A stretch of 64,000 bases of DNA, from assembly GCA_044892525.1 (NCBI GenBank), contig CM097885.1:5954001-6018000 (forward strand). The letters are read 5' to 3'. The DNA is from Schmidtea polychroa (lineage: Eukaryota). Both the position numbers and the translations under genes were made by a program. The notes under the pieces were generated by a model, which worked only from the letters and a program-made list of their open reading frames with translations, did not search any database and was not told the DNA's origin. Positions 14,476-25,500 of the stretch are shown piece after piece (the stretch's first letter is position 1; each line of letters opens with the position of its first letter).

Positions 14476-15768
14476 ATGAATAATATAAATCTTAAAATTC
14501 AAGAAAAAAATAAATTAAATCTTGATTATAATAAAGAATTTACTCATGAAATTAAAAAAAATGATATTTTAAAAATCTCGCCAACTTCAGGATCTATTGC
14601 AAACTTAAATCGTAGGGGTGATATAGTTTTTCAATCTCTTCAAACATCAAACCCAATAGATATTTGTAATGCCAAATTATATTACAAAGTAGAATTAGAA
14701 ATTGAAGCAAACAAAGATATAACCCTAGAAAATAATTTCTTTCCAAATTTATTCTCCAACATGAGATTAAAACTAGGATCATCAGAAATTGAAACTGTTT
14801 TGCATCCGGGAGTATATTCTACAATGTTAAATTTTATTTTGACTGGTTGTGATTATAAAAACGAATATGGTGAATTAACAGGTTGGATTCCTGATGATAA
14901 TAAAGAGGATTTAGATAAAGATGGTTTAGATGTAAACCATGGTTACCATAAAAGAGCTGAACTTTATAAATCTAAAAAATTTGAAGGTTATTTTGAATTA
15001 AAACACTTGTTTGGATTCCTTCAAAACTATAATCGTATACTTCATAATGTTTTTATAGAATTCATCTGTAATAGAGTAGAAGGTGATAAAAGATTGTTCT
15101 ATGGAGCTGTAGATACAAAAGCTAAATTAAAATTATCAACACTTGAATTACATATACCTGAATGGACATTAAACCCACATTCTGAGATTAAACTCCTTGA
15201 AAGATTAAATTCCAACAAGTCTATAAATGTAAATTATTTAAATAGAATCTGTAGTGAATTTAGTATGACAGAGGGTTCAACATATTCTATAAAGGTAGCA
15301 AATTTAGCATACCGACCAAGATATATCTTGATTGGATTCAAAGAAACAGATTCATCTTTCCAAAAAAATAACAATCTATTTATTCAAAAGATTGGAGATG
15401 ATAATTTAAAAACAATCCAAATTCAATTAAATAGTTCTTATTATCCAATAAATAGAATGGAATTTAATATTGAAAATAATGAAAACATATTCCCATATCT
15501 AAATTATATTGAAACATGTTATGATTTCAAAGTTGAACCGCAATTAAGTTTAGAAGATTTCAAAAATTTATATACTATATTTTGTATAAATGTATCAGAC
15601 CAAGATGATCGATTAGCCATAAATAATGTTGATGTTACACTTCATGTAACAAAGGATTCTAATTTTAAAGCTAAAGTATATACATTAATATTAGAAGAAA
15701 AGAAAATAGAAATGAAATTATATGGTGGAAAGATTTCAATTATTGAAAATGTTAGGGGAGATTCTTGA
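14476..15768 (+). CDS. Double jelly-roll major capsid protein (hexon-like)
   Basis: 430 aa from ATG 14476. ITLENNFFPNLFSNMRLKLGSSEIE...PGVYSTM and RPRYILIGF resemble Polinton/alpha-adintovirus MCP; the gene context fits. Confidence 0.8.
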   Translation: MNNINLKIQEKNKLNLDYNKEFTHEIKKNDILKISPTSGSIANLNRRGDIVFQSLQTSNPIDICNAKLYYKVELEIEANKDITLENNFFPNLFSNMRLKLGSSEIETVLHPGVYSTMLNFILTGCDYKNEYGELTGWIPDDNKEDLDKDGLDVNHGYHKRAELYKSKKFEGYFELKHLFGFLQNYNRILHNVFIEFICNRVEGDKRLFYGAVDTKAKLKLSTLELHIPEWTLNPHSEIKLLERLNSNKSINVNYLNRICSEFSMTEGSTYSIKVANLAYRPRYILIGFKETDSSFQKNNNLFIQKIGDDNLKTIQIQLNSSYYPINRMEFNIENNENIFPYLNYIETCYDFKVEPQLSLEDFKNLYTIFCINVSDQDDRLAINNVDVTLHVTKDSNFKAKVYTLILEEKKIEMKLYGGKISIIENVRGDS

Positions 15769-15797
15769 TATAATCCCTAATATTTTAACATTTTAAA

Positions 15798-17213
15798 ATG
15801 TCTTTAAATAAACCCTATTGGAGATGTGAAACTTGTAATTGTCAAGTTACAAGACATCATAAAGCAAGTCATCTTAAAACTAAAAAACATACAGTAGGTG
15901 ACCTAATTCCACGAGCTGGAGGCGATTTGAAATCTTCAAAAACAACATCTTCAATATTAAAACCTTTTACTACAGAAAAATATCCAGGTGAAAGACATTT
16001 ATTTAAACACAACTATACTGGACCAGGAACACGTCTAGATATTAGATTAGATGAAAATAATAATCCCAAACAAGGAGAAGAACCAATAAATAGAATTGAT
16101 CAAGCAGCTTTAAAACATGACATTGCATACAATTCAACAAATCTTAGAGATAGACATGTTGCAGATGTGAATTTAATACATGATTTAAATAGTATCCAAA
16201 ATCCATCAACCCAAGAAAAGATTCAAAGAGCTCTAGTTAAATTAGCAATGAAAGGTAAGATTTTCATAGGCTTAGGACACAGTCCGATCACCATGGGTGC
16301 AAGACTTCCTAGGAAAGCAAAAGATGTTGCTTATAAAAAGATTATCGAACAAGCAGAGATTGAAAGATCCCTCGAGAGTACAGCCAAGACTAGTTTACAA
16401 ACCCCAACAGAATCAGAAATAAAATATGCAAAGGAATTACACCATGAATTTAGAAAAAATAAAAAATATTTAAAAGTTCAAGTACATGAAAAAGATCAAA
16501 GATGGTCTGCAGATTTAGTCTTTATGCCAACCAAATCATCAGACCCTGAAAAATATAAAATAATTTTAACTGTAATAGATTTATATACAAGATTTGCTTT
16601 TGCAAGATGTTTAGAAAATAAAACAGGATATTCTATTACAGAAGCATTTGAAAATATATTTGAAGAAAATCAAAGAATCCCAAAATATTTATGGTGTGAT
16701 AAAGGAACAGAATTTTATAACAAAGTTTTTACAAAGTTTTTAAATGAAAATGATATTAAATTAAATTCAACAGAAAACGAAGGAAAAGCAGTCGTAGTTG
16801 AAAGATTAAATAGAACATTAAAAAATAAAATGTGGAAATATTTTACTGCTATTGGAAAACAAAAATGGAACAATGAGTTGTTACAAAAGATTGTAAATGA
16901 ATATAATAATGATGTACATAGTTCTATAAAATTAACACCTTTAAATGCTTCCATGAAGCCTGAAACCATTAAAGTGGTAAATATTGAAAATGATGTTATT
17001 GAAAAACCAAAGTTTAAAATTGGTGACCGAGTAAGAATATTTAAATATAAAAATAAATTTGAAAAAGGATTCACAGCAAAATGGACAAATGAAATTTTTA
17101 TTATAAATAAAATACATTATACAACTCCAATAACATATACCATCTTTGATTTAAATAATGAAAAAATATTAGGTAGATTTTATAATAATGAACTACAGAA
17201 AACAGATTTTTAA
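15798..17213 (+). CDS. Zinc finger + parvovirus-like PLA2 (PLA2X) + retroviral-like integrase fusion
   Basis: CETCNCQVTRHHKASHLKTKKH; HNYTGPGTRL...PINRIDQAALKHDIAY; DDE motifs WSADL, WCDKGTEF, VERLNRTLK; C-terminal FKIGDRVRI...GRFYNNELQK. Confidence 0.92.
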   Translation: MSLNKPYWRCETCNCQVTRHHKASHLKTKKHTVGDLIPRAGGDLKSSKTTSSILKPFTTEKYPGERHLFKHNYTGPGTRLDIRLDENNNPKQGEEPINRIDQAALKHDIAYNSTNLRDRHVADVNLIHDLNSIQNPSTQEKIQRALVKLAMKGKIFIGLGHSPITMGARLPRKAKDVAYKKIIEQAEIERSLESTAKTSLQTPTESEIKYAKELHHEFRKNKKYLKVQVHEKDQRWSADLVFMPTKSSDPEKYKIILTVIDLYTRFAFARCLENKTGYSITEAFENIFEENQRIPKYLWCDKGTEFYNKVFTKFLNENDIKLNSTENEGKAVVVERLNRTLKNKMWKYFTAIGKQKWNNELLQKIVNEYNNDVHSSIKLTPLNASMKPETIKVVNIENDVIEKPKFKIGDRVRIFKYKNKFEKGFTAKWTNEIFIINKIHYTTPITYTIFDLNNEKILGRFYNNELQKTDF

Positions 17214-17224
17214 GTCGACAAGCC

Positions 17225-17989
17225 CTAAAACAAACTTTTCCATATTTCAGCTTCTTCTCTATCCAAATAAATATAATTATATTTTTCTTTCCAATGATTA
17301 TCAACAAACATATCAAACATATTCTTATCAGGTTCAACATTTGAAAATAAATCATTATAAATCATATTCTTATCACGGCGATCTAATTTAAAAAATATAA
17401 AACAATTGGAATTATTTCTTATTGAATTTTTATCTAAAGCATAATATGTTTGAGATATATAAATAACATTACAATTATTATGTCGACCTCGTGTAAAGTA
17501 ACTCTTTTGAATCTCTTGATTTTTCATATTAACAACATCATCAAATATAACTAGATTCCTTTTATCTTTAGGAAGTAAATCACAATGTAAAACATCTTCT
17601 TCACAAATATAATCATTTTTATTACTAATATCTGATTCTAAAATCTTTTCCTTATACCAATCAACCATATCACAAGGTTGAAAAACTTCTTCAGGACACC
17701 TATGTTGATTTTTAAAAATATCAATTATTGCTTTTTTAGTTAATTTATTTTCAAATCCACATTTCAAAAGTTGTAATTCTGGTTGATTTATGGTTGTAGA
17801 ATAAAAGATTAAATTATTATAATCTAAAAAATCATCTTCAAGTAACATTCTCAAAACAAGTACATTCTTTCCACATCCAGAAGAACCAACAATTAATAAT
17901 CTAAAATTATCAGGAAATACTTTATTATTAAATTTACTCTTATGTCTATTTAAAATTGGTTTCCAAATTATTGGACTTCGTACATCCAT
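17225..17989 (-). CDS. A32/FtsK-like packaging ATPase
   Basis: Walker A GSSGCGKN, Walker B LVIFDD, RGRHNN, ISQTY. Confidence 0.92.
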   Translation of the reverse strand: MDVRSPIIWKPILNRHKSKFNNKVFPDNFRLLIVGSSGCGKNVLVLRMLLEDDFLDYNNLIFYSTTINQPELQLLKCGFENKLTKKAIIDIFKNQHRCPEEVFQPCDMVDWYKEKILESDISNKNDYICEEDVLHCDLLPKDKRNLVIFDDVVNMKNQEIQKSYFTRGRHNNCNVIYISQTYYALDKNSIRNNSNCFIFFKLDRRDKNMIYNDLFSNVEPDKNMFDMFVDNHWKEKYNYIYLDREEAEIWKSLF

Positions 17990-18004
17990 TTTGTTTATTA
18001 TAAA

Positions 18005-18598
18005 ATGACAACTGAAGAATCTTTGCAAGAATTAATAAATTCAAATAAAAATAAATCAGTAGTAATTGATGGTAAAAAATATTTTATTGGAAAACATGTA
18101 AAAGAACAAGTTAGAGCGAAGCTCCACGAAGCTAAAGAAGGTGGCATTCTTCCATTAGCTGCTTTAATACCTGCAATCATTGCTGGTTTATCAGGTGCTG
18201 CTGGAATAGCTGGAGGAATTGCAACTACAGTTCAAAAAGCTAAAGAATCTCAAAAGACAGACCTAGAAAAAGAAAAACTACAAACTGAAATCGATTCAAT
18301 GAAGAAGGTAGGGCAAGCTAAAGGGGGAGTGTCCGTTGGAAAGGGTCTCTATCTTAATCCATATGAGGGGAGTCGGCAAAAGTCTCAGGGGACTCTGTCC
18401 AAGGGAAAGGGTCTCTATCTTGATCCTTATAAAGATAGAGGTTTAAATGATTTTTTAAAAAATCAAATTTCTACATCTGAATCTTTATCTTCAAAAGATA
18501 AAGAAGATTTAAAAAAAATATGTAAATCTTTAAAGAATGGATGCCTTTGTAAAACTAAAAATGGTAAAGGATTATACTTGAAGCCCTTCGAACTATGA
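18005..18598 (+). CDS. Virion core / membrane-active precursor protein
   Basis: EGG|ILPLAALIPAIIAGL amphipathic segment and three GKGLYL repeats, typical of adintovirus core proteins. Confidence 0.65.
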   Translation: MTTEESLQELINSNKNKSVVIDGKKYFIGKHVKEQVRAKLHEAKEGGILPLAALIPAIIAGLSGAAGIAGGIATTVQKAKESQKTDLEKEKLQTEIDSMKKVGQAKGGVSVGKGLYLNPYEGSRQKSQGTLSKGKGLYLDPYKDRGLNDFLKNQISTSESLSSKDKEDLKKICKSLKNGCLCKTKNGKGLYLKPFEL

Positions 18599-18620
18599 TA
18601 CCATTTTTGATACCATTAAA

Positions 18621-19502
18621 ATGGTATATGAAGAAAGATTAGCACTTTTAAAAAAATTACAATCAGAACAAGATAAATATAATAAAAAAGATACAACTCA
18701 ACATGCTGAATCTATAATATTAAATGAGGTAATAACACAACAACAGGGGCCAACAATTAAAGCTATAAAAGAGTTGGAAGATTTCAATGAGCAAGCAAAA
18801 TTTAAAGAGTTAGAAGATAAAAAACAAAAAATAAAAGAACTAGAGTGGCAGGATAAAGAAAAAGAATCCAGTGAAAACCATCCTGAAAGAAATCAAAGAA
18901 AACGCAGAAGAATTTCTAATGTGGAAGAAGAAGAAATGTTTTTAAAAACAAAACCTCTTAAAGTTGATCCTAAAATTAGAGATGATTTACCTCCTTCAAT
19001 TAGACCCACATTTAATACTAATACTGAAGGATATCAAATAATAACAATTAATAAACAAAACTTTACTTTATATTCAAATTTAGAAAATAAATCACGTATT
19101 CATTCACAAAATGTTTATAATAATGAATATTTAGACTTTGAATTTACAGATGATTTTTATAGATTACTTTGTGGATATTCTTCAGATGATGTTGAAGAAA
19201 TTAAAAAATATTTAAATTTAATAAAATTAATAAGAGCTAGTTCTAAAGCAAAATATATTCAAGATTTAAAGAATTATTTAAATAAAAATGAAAAGGGTTA
19301 TGTTGTTACAGAGGGAGAGGGATTAATTAGTGAAGGTGGTAAACCAAATCCCATCAATCTTTTTATTGAATTAAGAAAACTATTAGCTGCAAGGAAAGCA
19401 GGACATAATAATTTAGATTCTGATATTTTAAAGATTTCTAAAGATTTGTTAAAACATGGAATTATTTCAAAAGATAAATTTAATAAGTATACGAAGTTAT
19501 AA
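18621..19502 (+). CDS. Conserved adintovirus protein (GasderminX-like)
   Basis: GEG motif followed by LRKLLAARKAGHNN...DLLKHGII C-terminus; located before the protease. Confidence 0.55.
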   Translation: MVYEERLALLKKLQSEQDKYNKKDTTQHAESIILNEVITQQQGPTIKAIKELEDFNEQAKFKELEDKKQKIKELEWQDKEKESSENHPERNQRKRRRISNVEEEEMFLKTKPLKVDPKIRDDLPPSIRPTFNTNTEGYQIITINKQNFTLYSNLENKSRIHSQNVYNNEYLDFEFTDDFYRLLCGYSSDDVEEIKKYLNLIKLIRASSKAKYIQDLKNYLNKNEKGYVVTEGEGLISEGGKPNPINLFIELRKLLAARKAGHNNLDSDILKISKDLLKHGIISKDKFNKYTKL

Positions 19503-19524
19503 ATACGAAGTTTTAAAATACAAA

Positions 19525-19989
19525 ATGACTCCTTCAATATTAGATTTTTTAAAAACATTTGGAATAAAGGCAAAAACAAATTTTGATTTAAAAGATTATG
19601 CAAATTATTTAAATTTAAAAATTAAAATATTAATGAATGATGAATTATCAAGTCTGGAGAGTCCCCTGAATATAATAATCAATTATCAAAATTCAAATGA
19701 AAAAGGATCTCATTGGGTTTGTATATATAAGAAATCTATCTACTTTGATTCTTTTGGGATTAAACCTACTAAAGAAGTTGAAGATTATCTCTTGAGGGGT
19801 TCTCCGATTGATTCCCCAAATGGTTATACTTTTAACTCTTTACAAGTTCAACCTTTGAATACTAAAATATGTGGTATTTTAAGTTTATATGTTTTGTATA
19901 GATTGAATAAGGAAGAGGGAAAGGGGCATACGCAGGATTTTGAATCTATAATTCAAGAAATTTATAATGATCTAGAATCTCTACTATAA
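19525..19989 (+). CDS. Adenain-like cysteine protease
   Basis: GSHWVC, YFDSFG, QVQ...ICG (His/Asp/Gln/Cys). Confidence 0.92.
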   Translation: MTPSILDFLKTFGIKAKTNFDLKDYANYLNLKIKILMNDELSSLESPLNIIINYQNSNEKGSHWVCIYKKSIYFDSFGIKPTKEVEDYLLRGSPIDSPNGYTFNSLQVQPLNTKICGILSLYVLYRLNKEEGKGHTQDFESIIQEIYNDLESLL

Positions 19990-20037
19990 GGATTTTTACT
20001 ATAAGGATTTTTACTATATGAATTTACTACTAAAGAA

Positions 20038-20802
20038 ATGGAGCTTCACAACCCTCCGGAAGATAATTTAAAAAAAATGGTAAACATAATGTCAGATAAA
20101 TATTCAAGAACTTTATCTATAAATTCAAAAGAATCAGACTTTACTATAAACTTTCAAGATTCAATTAAATTAGATCAAAATTTAAATTATGAATTGGGGC
20201 TATTATGGTTTTGTGCTTATAATACTATTTTTAATATAACTAAAGATAATAATAAATTTACTATTCAAACTCGTGAAGGGCATAAACCAGAAATTATAAC
20301 AATAGAACCTGGGGCATATGAGATAAAAGATTTAAATGATATACTTTCTAAAAAAACAAATGAAGGTATTAAAATTAAAATGGATATACCAACTTCAAAA
20401 TGTGTAATGACTTTGAAGAATATAAAAATTAGTTTTTTAGATAATTGTTTCTTTCACACAGTTTTAGGATTTAAACTAATGGATATAACAATAAAAGAAG
20501 ATAAAATAATAACATCAGAACATATTATAAAAATAATAAATACAAACACAATAAATATTCATTGCGATTGTATAACAGGTTCTTATAATAATGGTAAACA
20601 AACAAATGTTTTATATTCCTTTCCCTCAAACACAGTTCCTATGGGATATAAAATAGTTGAAAGAATGAATCCTCCAAATTATTTACCTTTATGTAGAAAA
20701 TATATAATGGATATTAATTTTAAAATTCTTAATCAAGAAGGAGAATTGATTGATTTTAATGGAGAAGAGATTTCAATGTATTTACATTTGAAACAGGTTT
20801 AG
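20038..20802 (+). CDS. Minor capsid protein (penton-like)
   Basis: IEPGAYEI, INIHCDCITGSYNNG, GYKIVE, NQEGELIDFNGEEI. Confidence 0.85.
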   Translation: MELHNPPEDNLKKMVNIMSDKYSRTLSINSKESDFTINFQDSIKLDQNLNYELGLLWFCAYNTIFNITKDNNKFTIQTREGHKPEIITIEPGAYEIKDLNDILSKKTNEGIKIKMDIPTSKCVMTLKNIKISFLDNCFFHTVLGFKLMDITIKEDKIITSEHIIKIINTNTINIHCDCITGSYNNGKQTNVLYSFPSNTVPMGYKIVERMNPPNYLPLCRKYIMDINFKILNQEGELIDFNGEEISMYLHLKQV

Positions 20803-20842
20803 TTCCTCTCAGGGGACTCCGTCCATTTTAAATTATTAATAA

Positions 20843-21829
20843 ATGAGTTCTTATATTCCATGTAATAGAGGTGGTGGAACAATAAAAACAGGGTTTAATA
20901 CAGAAGAAATATTAACTTTAACAGAAAATAAATATATTAATGAAAGAGGTGATTCAATGAAGGGTGATTTAATTTTAAATGGACACAAGATAAAAGAATT
21001 ATCTTTTCCAACTGATGAAGCTGATGCAGTTAATAAGAAATATGTAGATGGTGTTAAAAAATATACTGATTTAACAACAACAAAAATTGATTCAATGGAA
21101 TCAAAGCTTAATAATATCGAACAACGATTTAATGATAAATTTGACAAGTTACAAAGTCTGTTAACTGAACAAGTTGTAAAGTTAAATACTGCTATATTAA
21201 ATTCTAAAGATAAACAAATTATGAATACTAAATTTAATAAAATATATAATATAATAAATGAGATGATTACATCATTTAATAAAAGAATTTCAAATTTAGA
21301 GTCTCATGGAACACACATTAACACCACACATAGTATTAGAAAAAGAGCTGCTGAATTAGAACAGAATAAAACATTATTACCCCATACATATAAACATTTT
21401 ATAGAACCAAGTTTAATAACAACAAACAGTAAAGAATGGGGTGTTTTTATGGTTGTAAAAATTATTGATCCTTATTTCTTTTTGTTTGATGATGATAATG
21501 AAAGAATGAAATGGTTTGTGAAATGTGATTATAATAGTAAGCTTGAAAAGGGTGATGTTATAATGACTAGTTATGATTTACCACACGGAGATTGGTATGT
21601 TAATACTCATTCACATGGACTACATAAAGTTAAAAGTAAGAATATTCATTTTTCTAGTTCACTTGTACAATATATAGATTTAATATTTTATGAAAAAAAG
21701 GTTGATGTTGATGAAGTTCGTAAAGCATTGAGAGAATTGTATAAAGATATCCTCTCAACAAGAGTTTCTTTTGATATCCGAGTATTGGTGCCAGATGGTG
21801 CTCAGAAGAATAAAGTCTTATTTTTTTAA
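20843..21829 (+). CDS. Fiber-like protein
   Basis: GDLILNGHKIKEL..PTDEADAVNKKYVD fibre/neck motif, then coiled coil and a distal globular region. Confidence 0.55.
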   Translation: MSSYIPCNRGGGTIKTGFNTEEILTLTENKYINERGDSMKGDLILNGHKIKELSFPTDEADAVNKKYVDGVKKYTDLTTTKIDSMESKLNNIEQRFNDKFDKLQSLLTEQVVKLNTAILNSKDKQIMNTKFNKIYNIINEMITSFNKRISNLESHGTHINTTHSIRKRAAELEQNKTLLPHTYKHFIEPSLITTNSKEWGVFMVVKIIDPYFFLFDDDNERMKWFVKCDYNSKLEKGDVIMTSYDLPHGDWYVNTHSHGLHKVKSKNIHFSSSLVQYIDLIFYEKKVDVDEVRKALRELYKDILSTRVSFDIRVLVPDGAQKNKVLFF

Positions 21830-21837
21830 TTATTAAA

Positions 21838-22449
21838 ATGGAAGAAGTAAGAGAAGAAAAAATTTACCCAGAATTGAGATCATCAGGATATTATTCCGAA
21901 GGTCACAAAGGTTCCAAGGCCTCGGCTCCCACAGAACTTGAAATTATGAGAGTAAAAGAATTTAAATCCGAAACCTTACATTTACAAGATTTATTAAAGC
22001 ATTATAAAAAAATTAAAAATAGATGGAATAAAGGGAATACAGTTTTAAAAGTTATAGGTTATTCTTTAGGATTTGCATCTGCAATATTAACAGTTATTTT
22101 ACCCATAACTTTACCAGTTGTTACTCTTGCACCTGTAATACTTGGAAGTATTTCTGTGGCTGATGGTTTCTTAACTGAAATAGTTTCATTATCTTATACT
22201 TCTCAAAAGAAAAGTTTATATAGAGAAGTTTGTTTATCAATAGAATTAGGAATCTCTAAATTATTTTTATTTCAATTAAAAGCTTTGGAAGATGGAATCC
22301 TGACAGACGAAGAAATAATGAAATCAAATCAAATAATACAAGATATAAAGAAGGAGGTTATAAGATTAAAAAGGGAGGGCATGGTGGCTAATGTTATAAG
22401 TAATAAAAAAACATCTCGAGAAAAATGGTTAAAGAATTCTTACTTATAA
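21838..22449 (+). CDS. Membrane protein of Polinton-1
   Basis: Hydrophobic hairpin (VIGYSLGFASAILTVILPITLPVVTLAPVILG) flanked by helical regions. Confidence 0.6.
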   Translation: MEEVREEKIYPELRSSGYYSEGHKGSKASAPTELEIMRVKEFKSETLHLQDLLKHYKKIKNRWNKGNTVLKVIGYSLGFASAILTVILPITLPVVTLAPVILGSISVADGFLTEIVSLSYTSQKKSLYREVCLSIELGISKLFLFQLKALEDGILTDEEIMKSNQIIQDIKKEVIRLKREGMVANVISNKKTSREKWLKNSYL

Positions 22450-22543
22450 AATGGGTGTATTTTTAAAAAAGTAGATCAGGTTGCTATAGTTGCTTAAATT
22501 AATTGTCGACATTTTATTATTAAAAAATTAAATATCGTTGGTT

Positions 22544-25500
22544 TCAGTTATGGTTGAAAGCCAACCTATGAATCATTAATTTATGATCTTTAAATTCTTT
22601 ATCACTTAGACCTTTTATATATTCAGGATCAGTATTAAAATATTTAAGTTCTAAACATATAGGATTAAAAACTTGAGAATATAAAGGTTTCTCGATTTCT
22701 CTCTCGGGATAAATAATTTCAACATTATAAATATCAAGATCAGTAATCTTTGTATCATATAACTTATTCAACTTTTCTAGATTTTTTATTATAGGGATTA
22801 AATTATTTCCAATAGGTAGAGTTGTCTTTAAATCACTTAGTATGAATCTCTTATCATCATAATTTGATAATGATACTTTTTGAGATTCTATCAAGTGAAT
22901 ATCATGGTTTTCACTTTTAAGTTGATGTATTTCATCAATTTTATCTTTATGATTTGGATTCAATGTATCTATATAATCTTGATGAGAAAGATTCTTTGCC
23001 ACCACTCTCTGTATTCCTTTACATCTGTTATCCTTTACAGGTTTTTCTTCTTTAGGAAATATAGGATATCTATGTGTAATGGTTTCTTCTGTTTCTGGAG
23101 TTTTAAATATAAATGATCTAGTTATAAATTCAGGGTTTCTAAATGTTTCGTATGAATATTGTTTAGCACGAATAAATATTCCATTTTCTATAGGAGTAAA
23201 AGGTTTTTCATCTTTAAACGAAAATAGTTCTCCAGATGAATTTATTAAATTTGAAAGTATAGGATTTTCTTTCATATCTTTTTGTAAATCATGAGTTCTT
23301 ATTGTTAAAAACATTGAATCTGTATCCATTGCATGCATTGATATATTTGCTCCGTATATAGGTTGTAAGATGTTATAATATGTTTCATACATTTGTAATT
23401 TTGAAAGTTCTAAAATTGTAAACCCTATAAATATTGGTTTGTTATATGTTTTCTCATAATTTTTTAATTCTACTGCAGTAAGATTTTCAGAAAATACTTG
23501 TGCGTTTTTAAATGTAGGCTTTCCTAGCATGCGATTATAACGCTTAATATCTTTGGTAGTATTTGTTAGGAGTTCAATATGAGTATATTTATCAACATTC
23601 TCCATTGTTTTCCCAAAGACTGAATTGTTTAAAATTTTATAATTATTATCTTTAAAAAGATTACCTTCTCTTTTTGCAATGTTTCGGCACCTAATGTTCT
23701 CCTCGATAAAGCTTTCATGAATGGAGCTTGTTTAAATCTTATGACACTATGAACTTTTTTTAATATCATTCCTCGTGAAAGATAAAATTGGAGGAGTCTA
23801 TAGTGACAAAGATAAAACCTTCGATCTGTTTGATCACAAAGAAGTTTCATTGTTGGAGGTTTATCTTGTGAGATTTGCCATTCAGAAAGTTCGTTGATAT
23901 CAATCTTTCTTCTTATGGGAGCTAAAGGAAAATATCTTGTTCCTGATTTTATATCATCTGGATAGTCGAGGTCGCATTCTATAAAGTAACCTATTGGAGA
24001 ATCTTTCGATGTTGAAAGTATTTCTTTCATAAGGTCATCTGTTGGGTTCTCTATTTCAGTGAAATCACCCATTGGTAAAAATTGAGTCATAATTCCTGAA
24101 TATAAAGCTGTTGCATCTATATAAAGTATAAATATAGGATTTTTCATTGTTTCTAATAATTCTTTTAATTCCTCATTGTTAATTTTCATATATGGATCAT
24201 CAGGGTGTTTAGATAGTCTTCGGCTAGTAGTTATTGCATTTCTAGCTTTTATTTCTCTATTCCCCATTACTGAAGAGACTCCTCCTCTAATGTTTGTTTT
24301 AATTTGGTTAAACATATCGAGGTTAGTTAAAAGATCTATAATTTTATCACCTTCTTCTATATTTGAAGTCCAAATGGTATATAACATAGTATCCCAAGCT
24401 AAAGAGGGTGCAGTTATATAATTATAAGGTTTGAGAACAAAAGAGTTTGTAAATTCTTCAAAGCAATCTGCTAGAATATAAACATCTAAGGATAAATACA
24501 TGTTGGTATATTCTCCTAAAGTTTTACACTTGAATAATTCCCACATTTTTAATGCTCGAGAATATTCTTGATCTGTAATCCCTGATTGTAGTAAGTTTGA
24601 AAAGAAATCTTCTTTGTTAGGAAGACTTGTTTCATTATATCTTTCAAACGAGTCAACATAGTCATAAGGATATATTCCTTTTGCTAAACATGTAGGATAT
24701 TCTTCTAGAGGAATATTATTTTTTTCCAAGAATTCTCGAGTGATTTTAAAATTTTCTGGTTTCATTGTTTTTGCTACTGCATCTAAAGACATTTGGAGAA
24801 AGTTTAACGAGTCTATAAATTTTAATTTTCCATATTCAACTGATTTATATTTTTCTTTTGTTAAGCCGATAACTTTGAAAGAGTTTTTAGCATTTGCTGC
24901 TAAATGTTTAATAAATAGATGTATGTCATATCCAAAAAGATTATGAAATATAACAGGTATAAATTTAGGAGTATGGCAATTAAGATTGCAAATTTTATGA
25001 GCTGCTCCTCGATAATTATTTTCCTTTTTTAAATGATCATGATCTATAACTTTTTCATCAGGAAGAATATTCTGTTTACACATCCAACAGTTGGAAGTAT
25101 TTTCATATTCTTGTTGTTGTTGATTAGAAATATTTTGAGGATACTTTGTTTTTAATATTTTAAATATTTCATGTTCTAGATCATTTATATTTTTAGTAAA
25201 ATGATTCAAGACTTCTTCAGAGGTACCTCCTAGAATTGAATATTCTCTAGATTCTATGAGTTCAGGATAATTACTTTTAAATAATAATTTATAAGCAGAT
25301 GGTAATTGTTTAGTTTTTTTAACACTATTAGGTTTATTTCTTTTTCTTAGAAAGGCTTTCATCCTCTCTGGTTTCATCTTCTCTCCTGAGGAGTTCCATA
25401 AATCCATGAGTTTATTTTTTTCTATTATTTTTAAATATTGATAAACCAAATCTTGTTTATGGTTTATAGATTCAAAGTCACCATAAAGAACTCCAACTGT

